Position numbers and translations under genes: made by a program
Part shown: in pieces, positions 11,025-20,390 of the stretch
How the letters are laid out: every line of letters begins with the position of its first letter
How positions within the stretch are numbered: the first letter of the stretch is position 1
Source of the DNA: Candidatus Bathyarchaeia archaeon
GTDB taxonomy: Archaea > Thermoproteota > Bathyarchaeia > Bathyarchaeales > Bathycorpusculaceae
DNA length: 64,000 nt
Assembly: GCA_049521795.1 (NCBI GenBank)
Contig: JBEKOM010000004.1
Span: forward strand, 64,001 to 128,000
Direction of reading: 5' to 3'
Notes under the pieces: model-generated
What the model saw: the letters and a program-made list of their open reading frames with translations, nothing else
Databases searched by the model: none
Told to the model about the DNA's origin: nothing

Positions 11025-11273
11025 TTATTCTCTCACTGGGGGCGGAATGGCTATCAAGGACTGTGTTCGGATTACGCCTTTCAATCGCTGGATTTTCTCT
11101 ATTATTTTTCCCAGGTCATCCATCTTGGGAAAATCCACTAAGGCTATTGCGTCGAATTGTCCTGTCACTGCATCCGCAGTCTTGACACCTTCAATTCTAA
11201 GCGCTGCTTCCGCAACACTCCACAGCTCACTGGCTTCCGTGCTCATGAGAATGTAGGCCTTCAAGACATTCAC
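11025..11273 (-). CDS. Lrp/AsnC ligand-binding domain protein
   Basis: AYILM, VTGQFDAIA, IQRLKGVIRTQSLI. Confidence 0.88.
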   Translation of the reverse strand: MNVLKAYILMSTEASELWSVAEAALRIEGVKTADAVTGQFDAIALVDFPKMDDLGKIIEKIQRLKGVIRTQSLIAIPPPVRE

Positions 11274-11380
11274 CTCAACGTGATCAACTTGGAAAGTCTT
11301 GGAATAAAAAGCTTAAGATGCTCCTCGAACAGCAATTACAGTCAGTTGCCAAAGCTTGCACGAGCGGTTCCCTCCCAATA

Positions 11381-12130
11381 TCAGCATCGATCTTTTCTTT
11401 CTTCCGCTCGAACGATTGCTGGAACCTCACGTAAGGACTTAATAACATAGTCCGCCTGGAAGCCTCTCCCTTCTCCGGGAGCTCGCTGGTTTTTATTCAG
11501 AATCTCCGGTAGGCTCCTGAAGAGATCGTTGGAGTCTGACTTCTCAAGGTCTCTTGTGACCATTATCGCTACGCCATTTGCACCTTTGGCAGCTAATACA
11601 TCAAGCATCAAGTCGCCCACAAGAAAGAAACGTGTAGCACCGAGTTTTCTTGCGGCCAGCAGAACGCCTTCAGGATCAGGCTTCAACCTCGTAACATCTT
11701 CCCTTGTTACCACAACATCGAAATACTCTTTCAAACCATGAATTTCAAAGACAACATCCGCCGCTCGTCTCGAAGTGTTAGTGACCAGCCCTATTTTCGC
11801 CCCGAGTTCTCGAAGTGTTTGCAATGTGGAAATAGTCTCGGGAAAAAGCCTTGACTTCCTTGCTGAATCCAGTTCGTAATGGTTGAGAAATGTCTCCATT
11901 TCTCGCCGGTATACTCTAGCCCTTTCTTCACCAAGATGCCGTTGAACGTATTCCGATGCAATGTTACGCATTATGGTGGCGCGTTTTATTCCTTCAAGTA
12001 CGGTTTTTGGAATTCCAAGATCAATGAGCTTCCGTCTCGTATCACGCCTGAATTCTAGTACGTGCTGGCGAACTGACCATGGAGTCTTAACCAGCGTGTC
12101 CTCCAGATCAAACAGTACCGCGACATTCAT
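11381..12130 (-). CDS. HAD-superfamily hydrolase (phosphoglycolate phosphatase-like)
   Basis: FDLEDTL, VTN, KPDP, VGDLMLD. Confidence 0.9.
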   Translation of the reverse strand: MNVAVLFDLEDTLVKTPWSVRQHVLEFRRDTRRKLIDLGIPKTVLEGIKRATIMRNIASEYVQRHLGEERARVYRREMETFLNHYELDSARKSRLFPETISTLQTLRELGAKIGLVTNTSRRAADVVFEIHGLKEYFDVVVTREDVTRLKPDPEGVLLAARKLGATRFFLVGDLMLDVLAAKGANGVAIMVTRDLEKSDSNDLFRSLPEILNKNQRAPGEGRGFQADYVIKSLREVPAIVRAEERKDRC

Positions 12131-12333
12131 GCTGTTTACACTAGTCCTGACATTCAGTTCATCCTCTTGCTTCTGCCATGGCTGCTATTAAGCTCCTGCC
12201 TTTTCACGTTTTCACGTTTTCGCTCGTAGCATTTGCTCATCAACTGGTCCAGCGGAGGGTTCAGGCTGAAAATCTCCGATGACACTTGTTGGGCGCATGA
12301 AACAGATTTAAGGTCAGAACGTCAGTTTGTTTT

Positions 12334-13026
12334 ATGCGCAGAGGCGCCTACTACGGAGACAAGCTTTCTGCGAGCAAATTGCTCAAATGTTACGAAGCGG
12401 CTACTCCCAGGATCAAGCAGTATCTTGAGGCGGAAATACAATTCGTCATTTCCAATATTCGTGATGCAAAATTGGTTCTCGAACTTGGATGCGGTTATGG
12501 AAGAGTCATGAGAGCCGTGTCTCCCTTCGTTTCCATGATGGTTGGCGTTGACATTTCGCGGGCAAGTCTGGAGCTTGCGAACACGTATATGAAACCTTGC
12601 GGAAACCATAGAATAGTTCAGATGGATGCATCTGACATGGCTTTCTCCCCCTGCATCTTCGACGCTGTATTCTGTATCCAGAACGGGATTTCTGCGTTTG
12701 GAGTGAACAGAAAGCGGCTCATCGCAGAATGCATAAGGGCAACGAAAGACGATGGGCTAATCCTGTTTTCCAGCTACTCGCCCAAGATATGGCAGGAGCG
12801 TCTCGACTGGTTTAGAAAACAGTCGCAGCTAGGTCTTCTTGGGGAAATTGATGAAGAGGCGACGCGCTGGGGAACCATAGTGTGCAAAGATGGGTTCACA
12901 GCCACCACAGTCAGCGGAGACCAATTCATTGAGCTTTTCAGCGAGTTTGGAGTGAAGGCCTCCATCATTGAAGTAGACGAATCCAGCATTTTCTGCAAAG
13001 TTATCAAAAGGAAAACCGACGTCTGA
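12334..13026 (+). CDS. Class I SAM-dependent methyltransferase
   Basis: VLELGCGYGR, VGVDIS, FDAVFC. Confidence 0.9.
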   Translation: MRRGAYYGDKLSASKLLKCYEAATPRIKQYLEAEIQFVISNIRDAKLVLELGCGYGRVMRAVSPFVSMMVGVDISRASLELANTYMKPCGNHRIVQMDASDMAFSPCIFDAVFCIQNGISAFGVNRKRLIAECIRATKDDGLILFSSYSPKIWQERLDWFRKQSQLGLLGEIDEEATRWGTIVCKDGFTATTVSGDQFIELFSEFGVKASIIEVDESSIFCKVIKRKTDV

Positions 13027-13365
13027 GCGGGAGGAAGGGTTTGGTGCCGCGCCACACGTTACATTACTGAAGTCCTGCTACAAACAGGCCCGTCTTTACT
13101 GCTTATTTGCATCGTGGGTGGACTGCTACTTCTTTTTATTTTCGGGTATGAACGATTGGAAAGCAAAGCGTAGAGCACGCTAGCTCATTTGGAAGAGCGA
13201 GCTGTGCTTTGTCTTCAGCTTTTCCTAATCTTCTTTGAAGGGGCTTTCGAATACGACGCTTCTGACCTTGCAGTTCTGGCCTCAGTCATTGTTTGACGGA
13301 GTCAGCTTCCTTTCGATGTATCACATGCTTTCAGGCACAAAGTCTTAAAGATTGGAAGCGGTTTA

Positions 13366-15834
13366 ATGCGGGGCATGGAAGGCTCGAAGGGAGAGTCAAA
13401 GGGACTTTCTGAGGCGGAAGCTGAAAGAAGGCTCGAACAGGTTGGGCCGAACCAGTTTGTTAAACCCCTGAGGATAAGTTTCCTCGGCATCGCTAAAGAA
13501 GAAGTAGTTGAACCCATGATTCTGCTACTACTTGTCGTAGGTGTGCTCTACACGACCTTCACGTGGCCGAATCTGCAAGACGCCCTGACGATCTTCAGCA
13601 TTATCTTCGTGTTGGTTTTTGTGGAAATCTGGAACGAGTATCGCGCCAAGAAGGCCATATCTGCACTCTCTGAGCTTGCAGCTCCGAGAACGAGGGTTGT
13701 GCGGGATGGCAGGATAGTTGAAGTTGAAACTGAGAAAGTGGTTCCCGGCGACCTTTTGGTCTTCACCGATGGCACTCGAATTGCAGCTGACTGCAAGCTT
13801 AACGTGGCATATGACGTTCAAGTCGATGAGTCCGTTTTGACGGGTGAGTCTCTTCCCAGAGAGAAGGGAGTTGGGGACGAAGTTTACGCTGGAACATTGG
13901 TACTTTCTGGCGAAGGAAAAGGGGAAGCATACGCTACTGGCAAGAACAGTAGATTCGGAAAGATTTCAGCTATGGCGCAGGCGATTAAGCCTCCGAAAAC
14001 ACCGTTACAATTGGCAATGAAGTCGCTTTCGAAGACGCTTGCGTACGTTGCCATATTCTTCAGTGTGATCATCCCTGTTCTCGGCGTCGTCCGCTTTGGC
14101 TACCAAGACCTGGCTAAGGACAAGGATTTAATCTTAACCGGACTGGCACTTGCCTTTGCAGCCATCCCAGAGGAACTGCCAATCATAATCACCATGATAT
14201 TGGGATTGGGCGCCTACAGACTCTCACAGAAAGGTTTTCTAGTCAAGAAACTCAAAGCTGCCGAGACTCTGGGCGACGCAACCGTCATCCTTACTGATAA
14301 AACAGGCACGATCACTGAGAACAAGATGCGAGTTGCTCAGGTCTATCCTCGACAACAAGAAGCGAAAACGCTTGGTGCGGCAACCGCGGCGTTGACCGAA
14401 ATGTCACTGTCCCCCACCGACAAGGCGGTCCTTGAGAAAGCAGGCGAACTCGGAATCGCACGGAGTTTCGGAAGCGTTATTCGCGAACGCGGTTTTGAAA
14501 TCAACAAACGAACCAAAGCTGTCCTTCGCGCGAGAAACGGTGGTCTCATGCTTTCAACGATCGGAGCACCGGAGGAAATTCTTGACTCTGGAGACAGTGA
14601 TGGACCACTTGACGAAGAACTGAAAGAGGAAGCAGCGAAGGGAAGAAGAGTAATCGGCGTTGCAGAAAAAGCCGTCTCCACTGAAGAAGCAGACCTGCCA
14701 TTTTCAGAGTTGGAGGGAAACTGGGACTTCGCCGGTTTGATCTCGATTGAAGACCCTCCTCGTCAAGGCGTGAAAGAAACCATAGAGGCAATCGACAGAG
14801 CGGGAATACGAACGATCATGGTCACTGGCGACTATCCGCAAACAGCCGCCTACATCGCAACGAGCGTCAGCATCCCCTCAAAAAAAGTGCTCACTGGCGA
14901 AGACCTTCAAAGGCTTTCTGACGAGGATCTGCAGAAAGTCGTGAAGGAAACATCCGTTTTCGCAAGAACCACGCCCGAGGACAAGTATCGACTCGTGAAG
15001 GCGCTGCACGCAAACAACGAAGTTGTCGCAGTCACCGGCGACGGTGTCAACGACACATTGGCTCTCAAGGGAGCAGACGTCGGCATAGCGATGGGCGTCA
15101 AAGGCACAGACGCAGCTAAGGAAGCGGCGGATGTCATTTTGACTGATGATAATTTTGTAAGCATCGGGCACGCGGTTTTTGAAGGCCGCACTTTCTTTGA
15201 CAACCTGAGAAAAGGGCTCAAGTACTATCTGGCAATTAAAGCTGCACTGATCTCAATCTTCCTTTTGCCCCTTGCCCTGGGCATGCCTTTACCGTTTGCC
15301 CCAATCCAGATAATCGTCCTCGAACTTTTCATGGACCTCGCGGCCTCTGCCGGATTTGTCACTGAACCCGCTGAAAAAACGATTTACAGCCGAAAACCAA
15401 GAGACGCTAGAGCAAAGTTCCCTGATTCAAGAATGATAAAGGAACTAGCAGTCTCCGCGGCAAGCCTTTTCACGGCTGTGATGCTTGCATACTTCTATGC
15501 GCGTTGGCAGGGTCTTTCAACCCTTGAAGTACAGACTTTCGCCTTCTCAGCCTGGATGCTGGGGCACATAATCCTCGCCTTTGTCACACGTTCAGAAAAC
15601 GAACCGCTTTACATTCTAGGCCCCCTGTCAAACAAGGTGATGGACTTGTGGGCAGTTCTCGCTGTGTCATTCCTGCTCGTGGCAGTCGCCATTCCCTCAG
15701 TAGGTGTTCAACTAAGGCTTTCCACACTCTCGGCCGGTCAGCTTGGCATAATTTTCGCCTTCGCATTTCTCACTATCGTTTGGCAGGAAATTGCAAAGCT
15801 TCTGCTGTTCAAACGTAATCCGAAAAAGGAATGA
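13366..15834 (+). CDS. Cation-transporting P-type ATPase
   Basis: TGES, PEEL, DKTGT, DPPR, TGD, GDGVND. Confidence 0.96.
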   Translation: MRGMEGSKGESKGLSEAEAERRLEQVGPNQFVKPLRISFLGIAKEEVVEPMILLLLVVGVLYTTFTWPNLQDALTIFSIIFVLVFVEIWNEYRAKKAISALSELAAPRTRVVRDGRIVEVETEKVVPGDLLVFTDGTRIAADCKLNVAYDVQVDESVLTGESLPREKGVGDEVYAGTLVLSGEGKGEAYATGKNSRFGKISAMAQAIKPPKTPLQLAMKSLSKTLAYVAIFFSVIIPVLGVVRFGYQDLAKDKDLILTGLALAFAAIPEELPIIITMILGLGAYRLSQKGFLVKKLKAAETLGDATVILTDKTGTITENKMRVAQVYPRQQEAKTLGAATAALTEMSLSPTDKAVLEKAGELGIARSFGSVIRERGFEINKRTKAVLRARNGGLMLSTIGAPEEILDSGDSDGPLDEELKEEAAKGRRVIGVAEKAVSTEEADLPFSELEGNWDFAGLISIEDPPRQGVKETIEAIDRAGIRTIMVTGDYPQTAAYIATSVSIPSKKVLTGEDLQRLSDEDLQKVVKETSVFARTTPEDKYRLVKALHANNEVVAVTGDGVNDTLALKGADVGIAMGVKGTDAAKEAADVILTDDNFVSIGHAVFEGRTFFDNLRKGLKYYLAIKAALISIFLLPLALGMPLPFAPIQIIVLELFMDLAASAGFVTEPAEKTIYSRKPRDARAKFPDSRMIKELAVSAASLFTAVMLAYFYARWQGLSTLEVQTFAFSAWMLGHIILAFVTRSENEPLYILGPLSNKVMDLWAVLAVSFLLVAVAIPSVGVQLRLSTLSAGQLGIIFAFAFLTIVWQEIAKLLLFKRNPKKE

Positions 15835-15912
15835 GGGCAAAAAAATCACCATCTGCCATAACAAGCTATTTTCTCAAACGAGCCAGAAACTTGACCCCAC
15901 GGTGAAAAATGG

Positions 15913-16115
15913 TGGTGGGGCCGGCCGGATTTGAACCGACGACCTTTACCCGGAGACAGTGCTTTCGGCGCTGCTCCTACGGGTTTCTCCTGACAGCTCC
16001 AGAACCTCTTCATCCCCTTTTGAGGTCCGCAAACCCGTTAGCTACTTTCTGGAGCCCGTCGTCATACCTTAGCCGATCGATCAATCGGTCGATCGACTGC
16101 CTAGACTACGACCCC
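15913..16115 (-). tRNA. tRNA-Trp(CCA) with introns at 37/38 and 43/44 and a D-loop insert; CCA end encoded
   Basis: Acceptor GGGGTCG/CGGCCCC + ACCA; T-arm GTCGG-TTCAAAT-CCGGC; anticodon stem ACGGG/CCCGT with loop CT-CCA-G; BHB-type motifs at two introns. Confidence 0.93.
15985..16048 (-). ncRNA. tRNA-Trp 37/38 intron (64 nt), candidate box C/D guide
   Basis: ACGGGTTT is antisense to the 3' junction and anticodon stem; D'-like CGGA; C'-like ATGAAGA; TTCTGGAGC is antisense to the anticodon loop. Confidence 0.6.
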
Positions 16116-16257
16116 ACGGCCACACTGAGAAGGACTTGCCAGATTTTAAATATATGCATTATTGCGTCAAGAACAGAATCTGTGCATATGCCAAAAATCC
16201 GAGAAGACATATCAGCCTGGAGCGATAAGCTTATGAGCATAGGGTTGTCGTCTAGTT

Positions 16258-16385
16258 TGGGGTTTGCCGGTCATAGGGCGCGGGTCCCACCTGATCCCAT
16301 ACCGAACTCAGAAGTTAAACCGCGCTCCGTTTCCGGCTGTAATTTGGTCTTCGGCCATGTGAACCCGGAAAAGCTGGTAACCCCA
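16258..16385 (+). rRNA. rrf: 5S rRNA
   Basis: CACCTGATCCCATACCGAACTCAGAAGTTAAAC loop C signature; terminal helix TGGGG/CCCCA; about 128 nt; ends approximate. Confidence 0.93.
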
Positions 16386-16467
16386 CTTCAAAACAGTCCA
16401 CGAATTTGGAGGAAAATTACCCAAAACTTATAACTGAGCATCTATAGTGTGTTCGAAAGGTGAGTTC

Positions 16468-17613
16468 GTGAGCATAACGACGGCAATACTAGGCTTACAT
16501 AGCCGGATCATCCAAGCACAGTTTGGCGACACCAGTGTAACCTGGATTCTGAACGTGCTCTTCTACGTCGTTTTCATCGTCTTCATTTTCTATGGGCAGA
16601 GGCTTCAGACGTACGTGATGATCAGGGAAGTAGAGGGGTCACTCTACAAACTGAAGTTCATAAAGGAAGAGGGCCGCAAGATCACGATAGAAACTATAAA
16701 AGAGATTGGAAAGTCGCAGACGGACCCAACGGCAAGAGTTGACAGGTTCCTGGAATATTTCACGATATCGCCTCAGTCCCTTGACCCGGCAGGCATAGTT
16801 TGGAAGCTGGAACACATACTGGACGTAAGGGACACACGCTTCAAGGATGAAGTCAAGTTCATGGCTCCATCAGCAGACGAAACCCAAGCAAACAACCTGG
16901 AGAACACACTTGAGGCAGCGATGGCCCTCAACTTCATTTACAAAGTGATAAGACACTTCTACCTGCTAGGCAAGAAAACACTCAGCCTCTACGTCATCAT
17001 GCAGATACAGATGATCTTGCCGATGATCATGAAAGAAGCAGAAGCCTACGCAAGCGCGTTAAAAGCCTTCGCCTACGGCCAGCCAATAGGTGACGGAGCA
17101 GGCGCACTCGTCGCGGCAAAGCTCATGCATGGGCAAGAGACGAGGAAAATAGCCAAGGACTGCGTTGTCGCATCCGTTCCCTTCGAAGGACGAACAGCCT
17201 TCGTCATAAAGGCTGAAGGGCCCGGAGGAAACGTAGGCAAACCCGGAGACGCGGTGAAACAGGTCATCGACGAAAACGAGGGGAAGATCACCATGGTCAT
17301 CATGATCGATGCTGCTCTGAAGCTTGAAGGAGAAGAACTGGGCGAGTTGGCTGAAGGTGTCGGCGCGGCTATAGGAGGCCCCGGAGTTGACCAGTACAAG
17401 ATCGAGGATGCGCTTCTGAAATATCACATTCCCGCAAACGCCATCGTAATAAAAGAAGACATAGGAGACGCTGTTTCACCCTTGCGCAAAGAGGTTTTCG
17501 ATTCGATCGACGGCGTCATAGAAAGGATAAAAGCGGTCGTGTTAGAGAGGACGAAGGAAGGAGACAAAATAGTGATCTGCGGCGTGGGGAACACCATCGG
17601 AATCGGACAGTAG
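16468..17613 (+). CDS. DUF1512 family protein
   Basis: PIGDGAG, KAEGPGG, IDAALKLEGE, GVGNTIGIGQ; GTG follows AGGTGA. Confidence 0.88.
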   Translation: MSITTAILGLHSRIIQAQFGDTSVTWILNVLFYVVFIVFIFYGQRLQTYVMIREVEGSLYKLKFIKEEGRKITIETIKEIGKSQTDPTARVDRFLEYFTISPQSLDPAGIVWKLEHILDVRDTRFKDEVKFMAPSADETQANNLENTLEAAMALNFIYKVIRHFYLLGKKTLSLYVIMQIQMILPMIMKEAEAYASALKAFAYGQPIGDGAGALVAAKLMHGQETRKIAKDCVVASVPFEGRTAFVIKAEGPGGNVGKPGDAVKQVIDENEGKITMVIMIDAALKLEGEELGELAEGVGAAIGGPGVDQYKIEDALLKYHIPANAIVIKEDIGDAVSPLRKEVFDSIDGVIERIKAVVLERTKEGDKIVICGVGNTIGIGQ

Positions 17614-17625
17614 GAGACGGACGAA

Positions 17626-18039
17626 ATGACTGAAACTCAAGCGTCAAGCCCGACACCCCGAATAGCGTCCTCTGTGATGATAGCCGTGTTCCTAGCCCTT
17701 GCACTGTCGTTCGTAGCCCTCATTTACGCGCTGAGCATTCTTGATCAAGACTATGAAACTGCATCGATCTTCCTGATAATGGGATTCTTGGGAGTGGCGT
17801 TGTCCACGTACGTTTTGTTCCAGACGCGGAGACGACTTTCAAAGCTGAAGATCGTGCCTGCCCCTGTGACGACCACCATAGAGTGCAAGAAATGTGGCTT
17901 TAAGAACGTCAGAGAGTTCCAGCGAGGAGACTACATTTTCAAAGAAGGCGAACCATGCCAAAAATGCAGTGACAAGATGCTGATAACAGCGATCTACAGG
18001 GAAGTCAAACAGAAAGAGAAAGAAAAAGTACCTTTCTAG
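17626..18039 (+). CDS. Membrane protein with C-terminal zinc ribbon
   Basis: Two TM helices, CKKC...REFQRGDY...CQKC. Confidence 0.8.
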   Translation: MTETQASSPTPRIASSVMIAVFLALALSFVALIYALSILDQDYETASIFLIMGFLGVALSTYVLFQTRRRLSKLKIVPAPVTTTIECKKCGFKNVREFQRGDYIFKEGEPCQKCSDKMLITAIYREVKQKEKEKVPF

Positions 18040-18941
18040 GTTAACACGGAACAGCCGTCCGCAACGATCAAAACAGTGTGCTCTGCTTGGGCAACTGTTT
18101 TTCCGCTCGCCTCGACGAAAATCGGATACTTCATCAAGGTCTTCGAAGCCAACAGTTCGTCGAAGGCTTCTCTGTAATGTTGCTGGGGCACAACATTCTG
18201 CAGCCAGCGTTCCGCAAAGGGTAAAGTTCTAAAGTTGTCTTCAATGTACTTTTGAAGTTCTCTCGCGTGAGGGTTTTTCGTAGACCTCGACCTGAGAAAA
18301 CGGAAAATCGTGGATTCGTCACCGTTTTCAACTCTGCCCGCAGCGTTTGGAACGGTTACGAAAGGTTCGATGGCATAAACGCTACCTAACTTGATTTTTG
18401 TTGAAAAAAGCTGTGAAACGTTTGGCAACGACGTGCCAGTGTGCACGACGTACCTGCCGACCTGATGACCCGTCAAGTTTGAAATGGGTTTGAAACCGCG
18501 AGACTTGATCGCACGTTCTATCATTGTCCCAAGCTTTGACGTGGACATTCCTAGTTGAATGTTTTCGACGGCAGTCTTCAAAGCATGTTCTGCCGTTTCC
18601 ACCAAGCTTTCGTATTCGGGGTCAAAACACACTGTAACCGCGGTGTCAGTCAGGTAGCCGTCGATGTGGGCGCCGATGTCCACTTTGACTAAAGATTTCT
18701 CGGGGATTCTTCTCTCATCATCCGGGGGAGAAGTGTAATGCGCAGCAACTTCATTCACGGAAACGTTACATGGAAACGCTGGCTTTGCTCCCTTCTGCCT
18801 TATCAGGCTCTCCGCTTTCTCGCAAATGTCGATGATCGGCATGCCTTCACGTACATAATTCTTCATTTCTTCCCGCGTCTCGCGCAGAATCTTCCCTGAG
18901 AGGCGAAGCTTTTCAAGAACTTCCTTTTCAGATTCGCTCAT
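18036..18941 (-). CDS. map: Type II methionine aminopeptidase
   Basis: AFPCNVS, AAHYT, DIGAHIDG, DTAVT, NLTGH, AIEPF, AQAEHT. Confidence 0.96.
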   Translation of the reverse strand: MSESEKEVLEKLRLSGKILRETREEMKNYVREGMPIIDICEKAESLIRQKGAKPAFPCNVSVNEVAAHYTSPPDDERRIPEKSLVKVDIGAHIDGYLTDTAVTVCFDPEYESLVETAEHALKTAVENIQLGMSTSKLGTMIERAIKSRGFKPISNLTGHQVGRYVVHTGTSLPNVSQLFSTKIKLGSVYAIEPFVTVPNAAGRVENGDESTIFRFLRSRSTKNPHARELQKYIEDNFRTLPFAERWLQNVVPQQHYREAFDELLASKTLMKYPIFVEASGKTVAQAEHTVLIVADGCSVLT

Positions 18942-18976
18942 CAAAGTCACTTTTTCCAGACGTGCGATCTTGCACT

Positions 18977-20107
18977 TCACCTTTTTATGTGGAATTCTCC
19001 GATTATGTCTCTTGCTTTTTCACGCTTCTTCTGATGCCCAACGAGAAACTTGTTGACTCTTTCAGCGAGTTCTTTCTTGCACTCGCCGCACAGGACTTCG
19101 CCAGCCTTGCAGCGTCTCTTCCTTTCTGCAAGTTTCTCGTCATCCTCCTCGTACAGATAGAGGAAATATTGAAAGACTGTGCAGACATCAGGGTCGGCGC
19201 CCTCTTTTCTTTGTTCAGCGACTGTTCCTTTTCCACCCGTAAATGCCTTCCAGATCTTCTGTTCAACCAGTTCAGGCGGGTCTGTCGTGAAGATCGCTGT
19301 CTCAGGTTCTGAAGCGCTCATCTTCCCACCGACGCCTAATCCTGGCAAGAAACGGTTGTGGATCTGAGCTGGCTTGTAGTACCCAAGCTTCTGGGCGATG
19401 TCTCGCGTGATCCTCCAGAAGGGGTCCTGGTCTATCGCTGCTGGTATAAGAGCGGGGACGTTTTCTCCAGTTAGTTTCTTGTGTATGAAACAAGGAACCG
19501 CTTGGACGGCGGGCCAGAATACCCAGCCGAGGTTTGTGCTGTCCTGAAAACCAAAGGTCGCTCTTGCCGTGGAATACGTTATTCGCTTGGCAACTTCCAA
19601 CGCAATGTCGTAGAGCAAATCGATGTCATCAACATCGTAGATGATGAAAGTGTTCTTCGGTTCAAAGCCCAGCGCAACAAGGTCCAAAGCGTTCTCATAA
19701 CCCAACTTCGTAGTTTCAGACAGGACGAGATCATCGTCGACCACGAACTTCTCATCGTCAGTCATCTGGAAGTAGAGCCGCGTGCCAAACGCGTCTTGAA
19801 GATGCTTCGTGAAAATCCAAGGAACAAGATGTCCAATGTGAACAGGGCCCGAAGGGCCTCTGCCCGTGTACAGCACGAACTTGACCCCTTTGTCGTACAA
19901 GTCAAGAACAACGCCTAGGTCTCTGTGAGAAAAGAACAGTTCCCTGCGCAGCTGAAGATGAACACCGCCAGTGTACTTGGCAAGTCTTCGCCGAAGCTCT
20001 TCGGTTAATGGCTCGGTTCCAAACTCTCGAATCAAACGTTCATAGTCAACCTTGCCCCTCACTTCCCAAGGAGTAACGACCATTCCGTTTCTTTCCTCAT
20101 CAGTCAA
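18977..20107 (-). CDS. trpS: Tryptophan--tRNA ligase
   Basis: YTGRGPS, HIGH, AIDQDP, KMSAS. Confidence 0.97.
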   Translation of the reverse strand: MTDEERNGMVVTPWEVRGKVDYERLIREFGTEPLTEELRRRLAKYTGGVHLQLRRELFFSHRDLGVVLDLYDKGVKFVLYTGRGPSGPVHIGHLVPWIFTKHLQDAFGTRLYFQMTDDEKFVVDDDLVLSETTKLGYENALDLVALGFEPKNTFIIYDVDDIDLLYDIALEVAKRITYSTARATFGFQDSTNLGWVFWPAVQAVPCFIHKKLTGENVPALIPAAIDQDPFWRITRDIAQKLGYYKPAQIHNRFLPGLGVGGKMSASEPETAIFTTDPPELVEQKIWKAFTGGKGTVAEQRKEGADPDVCTVFQYFLYLYEEDDEKLAERKRRCKAGEVLCGECKKELAERVNKFLVGHQKKREKARDIIGEFHIKR

Positions 20108-20390
20108 ACCTGAAGCCGCCCGAATACCTCAGCTCTTTATACAATTCATGGAAAACGTATTAAATCTTGTGTGAACCGTGGGAACCCACTTGTGCCCGAT
20201 GCTCGAAAGAATAAGACATAAATATGATTCTTGATTCTCTGGTTGCTGTGAGTTAGTGATGCCCTGCCAATTTCTGTAAAAGGGCAAATTTCTTCCAGAA
20301 AAAAACCATCGGACGACATGCATACTTTTATTAAAAATAGAACAACTACATTACCGACTCCTATTAACGGCACATGTGAAGGGAACAACG

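Noticed and set aside
13080-13172. Short hydrophobic frame (…LLLICIVGGLLLLFIFGYERLESKA)
   Set aside because: No start or promoter; possible remnant only
15909-16433. 174-aa ORF
   Set aside because: Overlaps tRNA-Trp and 5S rRNA; spurious
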